Part shown: piece after piece, positions 35,115 through 45,166 of the stretch
How positions within the stretch are numbered: position 1 is the first letter of the stretch
Layout of the letters: the number at the start of each line of letters is the position of its first letter
DNA from: Vicinamibacterales bacterium
GTDB taxonomy: Bacteria; Acidobacteriota; Vicinamibacteria; Vicinamibacterales; UBA2999
Length of the DNA: 64,000 bases
NCBI GenBank assembly: GCA_035647075.1
Contig: DASROF010000112.1
Coordinates: 12,021-76,020, forward strand
Direction: 5' to 3'
Position numbers and translations under genes: made by a program
Notes under the pieces: model-generated
What the model was told of the DNA's origin: nothing
Database searches by the model: none
What the model saw: the letters and a program-made list of their open reading frames with translations, nothing else

Positions 35115-37259
35115 TCAGTTGATCGGAAATCCCCGATTCTCGAACAGCGCCTTCACGTCAGGGTCATGTCCACGGAACCGGCGGTAGGCTTCCGCGCGAT
35201 CAGTGGAATTTCCTTCGGCGAGGATGATCTCGCGGAAGCGCTTCGCAACGGTCTTGTCCCAGGGCCCGCCCGCTTCGAGAAACGCCTTCCACGTGTCCGC
35301 TGCCATCACGTCGGACCAGAGGTAGCTGTAGTAGCCCGCCGAATAGCTGTCGCTGCCAAAGAGGTGATCGAACTGCGGCAGACGATGGCGCAGTGCGATT
35401 TCTCGCGGCATCCCGATACGAGCAAGCGCGTCGCGCTCGAACGTCGCCGGGTCGAAAACGCCATCTGGACGGGTATGCAGATCCATGTCGAGAATTGCAG
35501 CCGCCAGATACTCCACGGTTGCGTATCCCTGGTTGAACTTCCGCGACTTCTCGATCTTCTCGACCAGCGCTTGCGGCATCGGCTGACCCGTCTGATAGTG
35601 GCGGGCAAATCGATCGAGCACCTCTCGCGTGAGGACCCAGTGTTCATTGACCTGAGATGGGAATTCAACGAAGTCCCGTGGCGTCGATGCCAGACCGGGA
35701 TAGGTCACGTCCTGCAGCAACGCGTGCAACGCATGGCCAAACTCATGAAACAGCGTCTCCGCATCGTCCAGAGAGATCAATGCCGGAGCGCCAGGAGCAC
35801 CTTTGACGAAGTTGTTGTTGTTCGACGCAATCGGCGTCACGCTGCCGTCCATCTTCTCCTGGGTCCGGTAGGTCATCGCCCAGGCGCCGGAACGCTTGGC
35901 CGGCCGCGCGAAGCCGTCGAAATAGAACAAGCCGACGTGTGTACCGGTGGCAGCGTCTTTCACCTCCCAGACGAGAACGTCAGGATGGAAGACGGGCACT
36001 TTGCCGGTGATCTCCGTGAAAGAAATGCCGTAGCGCTGTTCAGCGGCCCAGAGTGCCGCGGCCACCATGTTGTTGAGCGCCAGGTACGGCTTCACCTCGC
36101 TCTGATCCAGGTCATACCGCTGCTTTCTGACCTTCTCGGCGTAGTAGAGATAATCCCAGGGCTCTATCGTCGCCGGACCGTGTTCGCGCGAGGCGATCGC
36201 CTCCATGTCCGCCACTTCCTCGCGTACACGCGAGACGGCGGCTGGCCAGACCTGCATCATCAGCGCCTGAGCGGCTGTCGGCTCCTTCGCCATCGTGTCC
36301 GACATTCGCCAGTGTGCGTGAGAGGCGAACCCGAGCAGACGTGCGCGATCCGCGCGTAGCTTCACGATGCGCGCGATGGTCGTCTTTGTGTCGTTCTGAT
36401 CGCCGTTGTCACCCCGGCTCTTGAACTTCTTCCAGACGCGCTCGCGCAGATCGCGCCGGCTCGAGAACGTCAGAAACGGATCGACGCTCGAGCGGGTGTT
36501 GACGATCGCCCATTTGCTGGGAAGTGCGCGTTCGGCCGCAGCGGCCTTCGCGCTGTCAACCAGGGCCGGCGGCAGTCCAGCCAGATCGGCTTCGCTGTCG
36601 AGCACCGTCCAGGTGTCTTCGTCCGCCAGCACCTTCTGACGGAACAAGGCGTAGAGCGACGCCAGTTCCTGGTTAATCGCCGAGAGTTGTGCCTTGTCCG
36701 CCTCGCCAAGCCTTGCGCCGCGGCGCACGAACAGGTCGTGCATGCGTTCGGTCAATCGCTTCTGCTCGAGGGCAAGCTGTGACGAGGCCAGTGAACCGTA
36801 GACGGCAGCAATCCGCGCGAATAATCTGGAGTTCATGAAGATTGCGTCGCTGGCGGCCGCCAGTTTGGGCTCCCACTCGCGTTCGAGCGCCTGGTACTGT
36901 GGGTTCGTGATGTTCTCGGTGGCTACCGCAAAGAGCCGGCCGACGCGCGTACGCGTTCGGCCGCTCCGATCGAACGCCTCGATCGTGTTGCGAAAGGTCG
37001 GCGGCTCGGTACTCGACGCGATGGCATCAATCTCCGCACGCTCTTCTGCGAGCGCAGTGGTGAACGCCTCCGAGAAGACCTCCGGACGGACAGAGTCCCA
37101 TGGCGGGACACCACCGTACGGTCCGCTCCATGCTGCCACCAGCGGATTGATCCCGACTCCTGTGTTCGACGTGCCGTCCTTCGCCATCAAACTCCACACC
37201 GACGCCGCAACGACCACAATGGCCGCCGCAGCCGGAAAACCGTACTTGCCCACGAACAT
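35115..37259 (-). CDS. dcp: M3-family peptidyl-dipeptidase (Dcp-like)
   Basis: 714 aa. Zinc motif HEFGHALH with a downstream E, M3 length, and an N-terminal anchor/signal. Confidence 0.85.
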   Translation of the reverse strand: MFVGKYGFPAAAAIVVVAASVWSLMAKDGTSNTGVGINPLVAAWSGPYGGVPPWDSVRPEVFSEAFTTALAEERAEIDAIASSTEPPTFRNTIEAFDRSGRTRTRVGRLFAVATENITNPQYQALEREWEPKLAAASDAIFMNSRLFARIAAVYGSLASSQLALEQKRLTERMHDLFVRRGARLGEADKAQLSAINQELASLYALFRQKVLADEDTWTVLDSEADLAGLPPALVDSAKAAAAERALPSKWAIVNTRSSVDPFLTFSSRRDLRERVWKKFKSRGDNGDQNDTKTTIARIVKLRADRARLLGFASHAHWRMSDTMAKEPTAAQALMMQVWPAAVSRVREEVADMEAIASREHGPATIEPWDYLYYAEKVRKQRYDLDQSEVKPYLALNNMVAAALWAAEQRYGISFTEITGKVPVFHPDVLVWEVKDAATGTHVGLFYFDGFARPAKRSGAWAMTYRTQEKMDGSVTPIASNNNNFVKGAPGAPALISLDDAETLFHEFGHALHALLQDVTYPGLASTPRDFVEFPSQVNEHWVLTREVLDRFARHYQTGQPMPQALVEKIEKSRKFNQGYATVEYLAAAILDMDLHTRPDGVFDPATFERDALARIGMPREIALRHRLPQFDHLFGSDSYSAGYYSYLWSDVMAADTWKAFLEAGGPWDKTVAKRFREIILAEGNSTDRAEAYRRFRGHDPDVKALFENRGFPIN

Positions 37260-37282
37260 CCAGACGACGATACCCCCGACTC

Positions 37283-37303
37283 CTGTCTTCTGTCTCCCTG
37301 TCT
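37283..37303. repeat. Three phased CTGTCT hexamers (spacing 7 and 8 nt) in the dcp/argG divergent region
   Basis: Read directly: CTGTCTtCTGTCTccCTGTCT. Confidence 0.8.
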
Positions 37304-37308
37304 ACTAG

Positions 37309-38736
<1,428 letters not shown>

Positions 38737-38762
38737 GGAAGGCGCCGTTCGCGACGAGCGGC

Positions 38763-40097
38763 TTACGCGCCGAACAGACGATCCTGGCCGGCTTGCACGC
38801 GCAGGTCGTCAGGACCGGGCTCGGTGTGCGCAAGTTGCTCGCCACTGGCTCCCACGACCGGTTCGATGAACTGGTGATACGCGTCCTCGTACGCCCGCGA
38901 CATCAGCTCTGTCAGGTCCTGCCGCCGATCGGATGCCGCATCGTACGCACCGCCCACATCGAACGGTCCAATCGGGTTGTGCGCGGGCGTAATGACATAG
39001 ACGGAGTCAAACCGCAACCGCGCGATCTCCAGCGCGTCGCGAAGCGCGGCCGCTTCCGCGGTCACGTGAAAGTCGCCAAGGCGGCCGCGTGGATCCATCT
39101 GTGGAACGCGCAGCATGTGCGGGGCCGGCACGGGCGCTACTGCGCTGACCACGATGACTTGCGTCGCGCCAGCAGCGGCAACTTCCTCGAGCAACCGGTT
39201 CACGGACGCAGCGCGATCGCACATACGGTGCGTCTCGCCGCGCCAGAAGCTGTCGGCCGTGTAGCTCACCAGCGTCGGCTCCGCGATGACGGGTGGTGTC
39301 AGCGCACCTGCAAGGATGTCGATCGCGTGCTCGCGCCCAACCCCGGTCAGGTCGAGCACTTCCGCGTGCCGATTGCGGCCCGGGCGGGGAGCCATGAACT
39401 CCGCCCGGTACGGGTCGCGTAGCAACGCCGCCACCACATCCTGCCGGGCGTCAAGATCCGTGGCGACCAGGAGCAGCTCCGCGAAGCCAGGCTGTCCAAG
39501 GTTTTCTGCCAGCACCTCGGTGTACCGACGGCCGAGCGCGGCCCGTGCCGGTTGGGTTACCGGCGCAGCCCCGCGAATGAGGTCCCAGATCGCGCTGCTG
39601 AATAGCGCTCGCGCCGTTTCGGCATCGATGGGCGCCCCGAACAGACGCCACCACCAGCGGCCCGATCCACGCCGGGCCATCGACGCGTGACGCCAGACGG
39701 TCAGCCCGCAGATGCCTGCCGACAGCAGGATGAGAGTCAGCAGCGTCGCGGACCACCAGAAGGGCACGATCCACCCGGATGCCACCGCGACCATCGTGAC
39801 GAGGAGCAGGAGCGCAAAGCCGGCGCCCATGACCGGCGGCGCCATCGCGCTCCTTTTCCACCCATACAGCGATGCCACGCGCGGCGACCGCCAGACGCCC
39901 GTCTCCTCCCACAGTCGTGCGCTGCCGCCAATGGCCACCAGCGCGGCGCCTGCAGCGCCCACACCCTGCCCGGCGACCAGGTCGATCTTCACCCCCGCCT
40001 CGTGCAGGGCGCGAAGGACTCCTGCGTGATAGACGCCGTGCGCACCGGTCCCGCACAGGATCAAGGCGGTGCGGCGTTCCGGTGAGTACGGGCTCAC
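38763..40097 (-). CDS. Patatin-like domain protein with TM insertion; nucleophile motif degenerate
   Basis: 444 aa. ALILCGTGAHGVYHAGVLRALHEAGVKIDLVAGQGVGAAGAAL matches the patatin N-terminal pattern, but GxSxG reads GQGVG. The GTG start overlaps the greA stop (GTGA). Confidence 0.65.
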   Translation of the reverse strand: MSPYSPERRTALILCGTGAHGVYHAGVLRALHEAGVKIDLVAGQGVGAAGAALVAIGGSARLWEETGVWRSPRVASLYGWKRSAMAPPVMGAGFALLLLVTMVAVASGWIVPFWWSATLLTLILLSAGICGLTVWRHASMARRGSGRWWWRLFGAPIDAETARALFSSAIWDLIRGAAPVTQPARAALGRRYTEVLAENLGQPGFAELLLVATDLDARQDVVAALLRDPYRAEFMAPRPGRNRHAEVLDLTGVGREHAIDILAGALTPPVIAEPTLVSYTADSFWRGETHRMCDRAASVNRLLEEVAAAGATQVIVVSAVAPVPAPHMLRVPQMDPRGRLGDFHVTAEAAALRDALEIARLRFDSVYVITPAHNPIGPFDVGGAYDAASDRRQDLTELMSRAYEDAYHQFIEPVVGASGEQLAHTEPGPDDLRVQAGQDRLFGA

Positions 40098-40561
40098 GCT
40101 TCGTCGTGGATGGTGAGGACTTTGATGAGCTCGAACGTGCGGACGCCGTTCGGTGTGGTCACCTTCACCTCATCGCCTTCCTCTTTGTTGAGGATGGCGC
40201 GGCCGATCGGCGACGAGGTAGAAATCATTCCTTTATCGAAATCGGACTCCTCCGGCATGACGAGCTGGTAAATCACGGTGTCGCCGTTGCCGGCGCGAAG
40301 ATGCACGGTGGAACCGAAGCCGGCTCGATCGTGAGGAATGCGATCGAGGTTGATCATCGAGATCTCGCCGACGCGCTTTTTCAACATGGCGATGCGGGCG
40401 TTGACGATCTCCTGTCGCTCCTTCGCCGCCTTGTACTCCGCGTTCTCGCGCAGGTCGCCAAGCTCGCGCGCGCGCTGGATCTCCTTCGGCAACTCCACCT
40501 TCAGCTCGCGCTCGAGCGCGGCAATCTCGTCATTGAAACGCTTCAGGATCCGATCCTTCAT
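40094..40561 (-). CDS. greA: Transcription elongation factor GreA
   Basis: The 155-aa C-terminal part of the 398-aa track ORF, starting MKDRILKRFNDEIAALERELKVELPKEIQRARELGDLRENAEYKAAKE. The ATG is at 40559-40561. Confidence 0.9.
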   Translation of the reverse strand: MKDRILKRFNDEIAALERELKVELPKEIQRARELGDLRENAEYKAAKERQEIVNARIAMLKKRVGEISMINLDRIPHDRAGFGSTVHLRAGNGDTVIYQLVMPEESDFDKGMISTSSPIGRAILNKEEGDEVKVTTPNGVRTFELIKVLTIHDEA

Positions 40562-40592
40562 CTCGGAACCGACTGTAACATAGCCAACCAGC

Positions 40593-41396
40593 GTGAAGTC
40601 CATTTCCAGCCGCCAGAATCCACTCGTTCGCACGTTCCGCGCACTGGCTGATGACCCGGACCCGACCGGCGAGCGGGTGCTGCTCGACGGGGCGCACCTC
40701 GTGCGTGACGCACATTCCGCCGGCGCGGCGTTCGAAGTGCTCGTCATTGCTGCGTCGCAGCTCGACACGCAGTCGGAGGAAGAACAGATCGCGCGGGCAC
40801 TCGAGGCCGACTCCGTTGAAGTGATCGCGGCACATGACAAGGTCTTTGCCGCGTTGAGCCCCGTGAAGTCGCCATCGGGAATTGCTGCGATTGCTCGGCG
40901 CAAGGTGACGACGCCAGCCATGATCTGCGCGCACCCACGCGCCTTCGTGCTGGTCATCGTCGATGTGCAGGATCCGGGGAACGTTGGCGCATTGATTCGC
41001 GCGGCTGAGGCGGGAGGGGCCACAGGTGCGTTCGTCTGCGGCACCTCGGCGAGTCCGTTCTCCTGGAAAGGGCTCCGTGGCAGCATGGGCAGCGCCTTGC
41101 GTCTGCCGATCGTGGCCGGCATGACCGCGGAGGCCGTCATGACCTGCATGACGGAGGCAAGCGTGCGGATGATCGCCACGGTGCCGCGCGGCGGCGAAAC
41201 ACCGGAGGAGATCGACTGGCACGGACCGGTCGGACTCCTTGTCGGTGGCGAGGGCCCCGGACTCAGTGACGATGTCATTGCGCGGTGCAACGCGAGAGTG
41301 ACGATCCCGATGGCGTCCAGCGTCGAATCGCTTAACGTCGCCGTCGCAGGGGGAATCCTGATTTACGCGGCGCGCCGCCACCGGGTGAATCCGTGA
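40593..41396 (+). CDS. TrmH/SpoU-family RNA 2'-O-methyltransferase
   Basis: 267 aa. QNPLVRTFRAL N-terminal domain and SpoU motifs DVQDPGNVGALIRAAEA, LLVGGEGPGL, IPM...ESLNVAVAGGILIY. Confidence 0.8.
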   Translation: MKSISSRQNPLVRTFRALADDPDPTGERVLLDGAHLVRDAHSAGAAFEVLVIAASQLDTQSEEEQIARALEADSVEVIAAHDKVFAALSPVKSPSGIAAIARRKVTTPAMICAHPRAFVLVIVDVQDPGNVGALIRAAEAGGATGAFVCGTSASPFSWKGLRGSMGSALRLPIVAGMTAEAVMTCMTEASVRMIATVPRGGETPEEIDWHGPVGLLVGGEGPGLSDDVIARCNARVTIPMASSVESLNVAVAGGILIYAARRHRVNP

Positions 41397-42775
41397 GCAA
41401 CGGTCTATTTGATCCGCCTCCACCACAAGGGGGCTCCGGTGCGGCAAGCTCGGCGAATGCCCCGGGGACGCCGCTGGCCGAACGGATGCGGCCGCGTACG
41501 CTCGACGAAGTCGTCGGCCAGGAAGCGATCCTCGCCCCGGGCAAACCCTTGCGCGAGGCGATCGAACGAGACCTCCTTCAGTCACTCATCCTGTGGGGAC
41601 CGCCAGGCACGGGCAAGACCACGCTGGCGCGCGTGATTGCAGAGATCACCCAGGCGCATTTCGTCCCGTTCAGCGCCGTGCTCGCCGGCATCAAGGAAAT
41701 CAAGGACGTCATGGCCGCGGCGCAGGATCGCCGCCGCCGTATGGGCCGGCGGACGATCGTCTTCGTCGACGAAATCCACCGATTCAACAAGGCGCAGCAG
41801 GACGCCTTCCTGCCACGTGTCGAGGCTGGCGACATCGTCCTGATCGGCGCGACCACTGAAAACCCGTCCTTCGAGGTTAACGCGGCGCTGCTGTCACGCT
41901 CGAAAGTGTTCGTTCTCCAACTGCTTGGCGTCGAGGCGATCGAGACCATCCTCCGACGTGCACTCGCGGATCGCGAGCGCGGGCTCGGTGCGACGGAGGT
42001 CAACGTGTCCGCCGACGCGATCGCCGCGATTGCGCGGTTCGCGAACGGTGATGCTCGCGCCGCCCTCAACCTGCTCGAGTTCTCGGTCGCTGCGGCGCCC
42101 ATGGATCCGGCCACCTGTGTGCGACAACTGGATCTGCCGCAGCTGGAACACTCGATCCAGCGCCGCGCGTTGCTCTATGACAAAGGTGGCGAAGAGCACT
42201 ACAACCTGATTTCGGCGCTGCACAAATCGATGCGCAACAGCGACCCGGATGCCGCCGTCTACTGGGTGGCGCGGATGCTGGAAGCCGGCGAAGATCCGCT
42301 CTACGTGGCGCGCCGGCTCGTGCGGTTTGCCTCAGAAGACATCGGCAACGCCGATCCGCAGGCACTCGTGGTTGCGGTCGCAGCCAAGGACGCGACGCAC
42401 TTCATCGGCATGCCCGAGGGGAATACGGCCCTTGCCCAGGCGGCGATCTACCTGGCCACCGCGCCGAAGAGCAATGCTGTGTACACGGCCTATGGCGCCG
42501 CGGCGGCGGATGCGCACACGCAGGCGGCGGACCCTGTTCCGCTGCATCTTCGCAATGCGCCCACGAAGTTGATGAAGGAGCTCGACTACGGCAGGGGCTA
42601 TCAGTACGCGCACAACGAGCGCGATGCCATAGCCGGCATGGACTGTCTTCCGGAATCGCTTGCCGGGCGCAAGTATTACCAGCCGACGGACCGCGGGTTC
42701 GAAAAAGAGATCAAGCGACGGCTCGAGGGCTGGGACAAGATCAAAGAAGAACGAAAGAAGGAGAACGATCGATGA
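41393..42775 (+). CDS. rarA: Replication-associated recombination protein A
   Basis: 460 aa. LILWGPPGTGKTTLARVIA, FVDEIHRFNK, the MgsA C-terminal domain (HYNLISALHKSMRNSDPDAAVYW), and a 4-nt overlap upstream. Confidence 0.92.
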   Translation: MSNGLFDPPPPQGGSGAASSANAPGTPLAERMRPRTLDEVVGQEAILAPGKPLREAIERDLLQSLILWGPPGTGKTTLARVIAEITQAHFVPFSAVLAGIKEIKDVMAAAQDRRRRMGRRTIVFVDEIHRFNKAQQDAFLPRVEAGDIVLIGATTENPSFEVNAALLSRSKVFVLQLLGVEAIETILRRALADRERGLGATEVNVSADAIAAIARFANGDARAALNLLEFSVAAAPMDPATCVRQLDLPQLEHSIQRRALLYDKGGEEHYNLISALHKSMRNSDPDAAVYWVARMLEAGEDPLYVARRLVRFASEDIGNADPQALVVAVAAKDATHFIGMPEGNTALAQAAIYLATAPKSNAVYTAYGAAAADAHTQAADPVPLHLRNAPTKLMKELDYGRGYQYAHNERDAIAGMDCLPESLAGRKYYQPTDRGFEKEIKRRLEGWDKIKEERKKENDR

Positions 42776-43992
42776 TTCGCATTCGTGTGTTCGCTTCAGT
42801 GATGCTGCTGGCGCTGACCTGCCCGCTGGCAGCCCAGACCCCGCAAAAGAAGTTCATGGCGGCGCCAGTCACCATCGAAGATCAGGGAAGCTTCTTTATC
42901 GGCGGCATCACCAAGGTCTCCGAGTTCGCCACGGTACCGTTCGCGCCTCCCGGCCAGACTCCACCCGCTCCGGTGCCGCAGCAGATCACCATCGGCCAGA
43001 TGTACGTTCAGTTTCAGATCCCGCTGCAGAAATCAGGCCCCGGATGGCCGGTGATCATGGTGCACGGCTCCACGCACACGGGCGCGGCGCTCGAGTCCAC
43101 ACCTGACGGCCGCGAAGGCTGGTATCCCTATTTCGTCCGCAAAGGCGTCTCCACCTATGTCGTCGATCAGTCCGGACGCGGGCGGTCGGGATTCGATCAA
43201 TCCGTGTTGCAGGAAGCGGAAGCGAAGTTGCTCGCCGGCGACACGAAGACAGCCGCGGAGCTGATCCCGAACTTCGGACGCATCACCGATAACGGGGCCT
43301 GGCAGGCCTGGTTCGGACATCTCCTGCCGGCCGGATCGAATATCACGAATGGAACGCTGGTCCCTCACGGAGACCCGCGTGACCCGGAGAAACCGACAGA
43401 CGGCCGCCCGCACGTCGCGCCGAAATTTCCGCTCGCGTCTGTTGCCGAGTATTACAAGCAACTGGTACCGAATGCCGAGGTGACGCTGCCGGGCTCGACA
43501 TGCCCAACGTGCAATCCGCAGGCGCTCTCGCCCGCCAACACCTGGACGCCGCAGGGTCTCGCACTTCTTGTTGAGCGTCTCGGCGGCGCGATCGTCGCCA
43601 CGCACTCGCAATCCGGAATCATGGGGCATCACCTGGTGCGAATCCTGAAGGAGCACGGCAACCTGCACCTGCTCAAAGGGCTCATCACCATCGAAGGTGG
43701 CTGCTCGCTCCCGCAGAGCGGGCTGACCGCTGCCGATTTCGATGCGATTCCTTACCTGGCGCTGAAAGGCGACTACACGGCGACCAGCGCGCAGTGCCAG
43801 GAGACGGTGGATGCGATCAACAAGCGGCGCGCGGAGAAACAGGGCTCAGCGCGCGCCGAATACGTGAAGCTGGACGAGATGGGTATCCTCGGTGTCACGC
43901 ACATGATGATGCTCGACTCGAACAGCAACCAGATCGCCGATCTGATGCTCGACTGGGTGAAGAAGAACGTGCTGCCGGCTCGGAAGCGCTAG
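42772..43992 (+). CDS. Secreted alpha/beta-hydrolase-like esterase, hypothetical
   Basis: 406 aa with a signal peptide (LTCPLAAQ). VIMVHGSTHTG and nucleophile-elbow-like THSQSG. ATGA overlap with rarA. Confidence 0.55.
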   Translation: MIRIRVFASVMLLALTCPLAAQTPQKKFMAAPVTIEDQGSFFIGGITKVSEFATVPFAPPGQTPPAPVPQQITIGQMYVQFQIPLQKSGPGWPVIMVHGSTHTGAALESTPDGREGWYPYFVRKGVSTYVVDQSGRGRSGFDQSVLQEAEAKLLAGDTKTAAELIPNFGRITDNGAWQAWFGHLLPAGSNITNGTLVPHGDPRDPEKPTDGRPHVAPKFPLASVAEYYKQLVPNAEVTLPGSTCPTCNPQALSPANTWTPQGLALLVERLGGAIVATHSQSGIMGHHLVRILKEHGNLHLLKGLITIEGGCSLPQSGLTAADFDAIPYLALKGDYTATSAQCQETVDAINKRRAEKQGSARAEYVKLDEMGILGVTHMMMLDSNSNQIADLMLDWVKKNVLPARKR

Positions 43993-44008
43993 CCTGGGCA
44001 AACGCGGC

Positions 44009-44034
44009 AGAGGCCGACCGTCAGGTCGGCCCTC
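44009..44034. terminator. Bidirectional terminator-like hairpin GGCCGACC-GTCA-GGTCGGCC between convergent genes
   Basis: Perfect 8-bp GC stem with a 4-nt loop, extendable with one bulge. Followed by CTCTCTTAT on the plus strand. Confidence 0.5.
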
Positions 44035-44036
44035 TC

Positions 44037-45011
44037 TTATCCGATTGTCGCGGGCGTGGCTTCGTCGGCCGGCTGATGCGTCAGCCCCGGAACTTTGCGG
44101 AACATTTCTGGACGGATCGGCAGGATGAACGAGAAGCGGTAATCACCCTGCATCCGGCCGATCGGAATGCCGACGAGGCTGCCGTCCTGATTCAGCACGC
44201 CGCCGCCCGACACGCCGGGATGGCCATCGGTCAGGCAGGTCACGAGTCCGTTCGTCGTACGCTGGCCGACGTAGCCCGTGCTCAGGATGATGCCCTTCGA
44301 ATAGTCGTTACCGAGACGGAAGATCGGCTCGGCAAAGTCGTAGGCGTAGCTCGTGTCGATGTGCAGCGCCGGCAGGTCGAGCTCCTGGTTCACCTTGATG
44401 ATCGCCCAGTCCCCCGGGTGCACCTCGACGTTGGCGTTGCCGGTATCAACGATCCGCGCGTTGAGGTCCTGCCCCTTGTAGCGCACCTTGATCGCGGTGA
44501 TCCGCCGCGCGTCGCGCCCTTCGGCGGGCTCGTCGAGGGCGATGACACCGTGCTTCACGGTGATGAAGTAGCCGCCGCCGAGATAGCCAGCCGTCCCGTA
44601 GTTGGTCTTCCCGAAGTTGTCGTACGCGTTCAACTCGACGAAGCTCTCTTTGCGATCGCGGAGGAGGCGAACCGGAAAGAGACCCATCTCGCTCTGCAGC
44701 TGCCTCTTGATCTCGTCGACCATCGCGCTCTGCGCGGTTCCGGCCGCGGCGACGACAGCAGGCTTGCCCTGACCCTTGGTCCCCGACACCAGCGGCACAC
44801 CACCGCGCATTTCGACGATGCTGCGCGCCATTTCGTCGCGGAGGGCCGTCAGACGCGCATCGTTGGCGGCCAGCTGCTGCGCCATCTGCCGCTGGGTCAC
44901 CCAGCCGCCAAAGCTGAATGCGAGTGAGGCCAGAGAGAAGGTCAGGCCGACATAAAGAACAGAGCGGCGGATAGACAATTGACTACTCCCGGAGCGACAC
45001 CTTCGGCCCAA
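44037..45011 (-). CDS. Membrane-anchored trypsin-like serine protease
   Basis: 324 aa. N-terminal TM, coiled-coil, and C-terminal DGHPGVSGGGVLNQDGSLVGI (GDSGG-like). Start codon uncertain (TTG candidates). Confidence 0.6.
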   Translation of the reverse strand: MGRRCRSGSSQLSIRRSVLYVGLTFSLASLAFSFGGWVTQRQMAQQLAANDARLTALRDEMARSIVEMRGGVPLVSGTKGQGKPAVVAAAGTAQSAMVDEIKRQLQSEMGLFPVRLLRDRKESFVELNAYDNFGKTNYGTAGYLGGGYFITVKHGVIALDEPAEGRDARRITAIKVRYKGQDLNARIVDTGNANVEVHPGDWAIIKVNQELDLPALHIDTSYAYDFAEPIFRLGNDYSKGIILSTGYVGQRTTNGLVTCLTDGHPGVSGGGVLNQDGSLVGIPIGRMQGDYRFSFILPIRPEMFRKVPGLTHQPADEATPATIG

Positions 45012-45082
45012 CCTCGGGCGTTATCGGCGCGCACGAGTCCTTCCATCGGGAACGGACCAGCTAAGTTGTTAGATTACAGAAA

Positions 45083-45126
45083 CTTACGAGCGCTCTTAAG
45101 GTAGCGCGACAGTGGCGCTCTGTCAA
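45083..45126 (-). promoter_or_regulatory. Candidate promoter TTGACA-N17-TACCTT for the trypsin-like protease, with an overlapping 18-bp near-palindrome CTTACGAGCGCTCTTAAG
   Basis: The minus strand reads TTGACAGAGCGCCACTGTCGCGCTACCTT. The palindrome (16/18 symmetric, 45083-45100) overlaps the -10. It sits in an AT-rich 155-bp intergenic island. Confidence 0.35.
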
Positions 45127-45166
45127 ATTGTGCCTTGCACCACCGCTTACGGCAGGGGCACGCGGC

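Noticed and set aside
35058-36359. 433-aa ORF antisense to dcp, and similar long antisense ORFs (23924..25459, 24162..25214, 30857..31825, 31838..32905, 37441..38535, 2500..3555, 3225..4583, 48281..49240)
   Set aside because: All lie opposite genes with clear catalytic motifs. Their compositions are Arg-rich and motif-free, so they are treated as GC-driven open frames.
40562-41290. N-terminal 240 aa of the 398-aa ORF containing GreA
   Set aside because: GreA homology begins at the internal MKDRIL (ATG at 40561). The upstream part is antisense to the TrmH-family methyltransferase gene and is Ser/Ala/Pro-rich.
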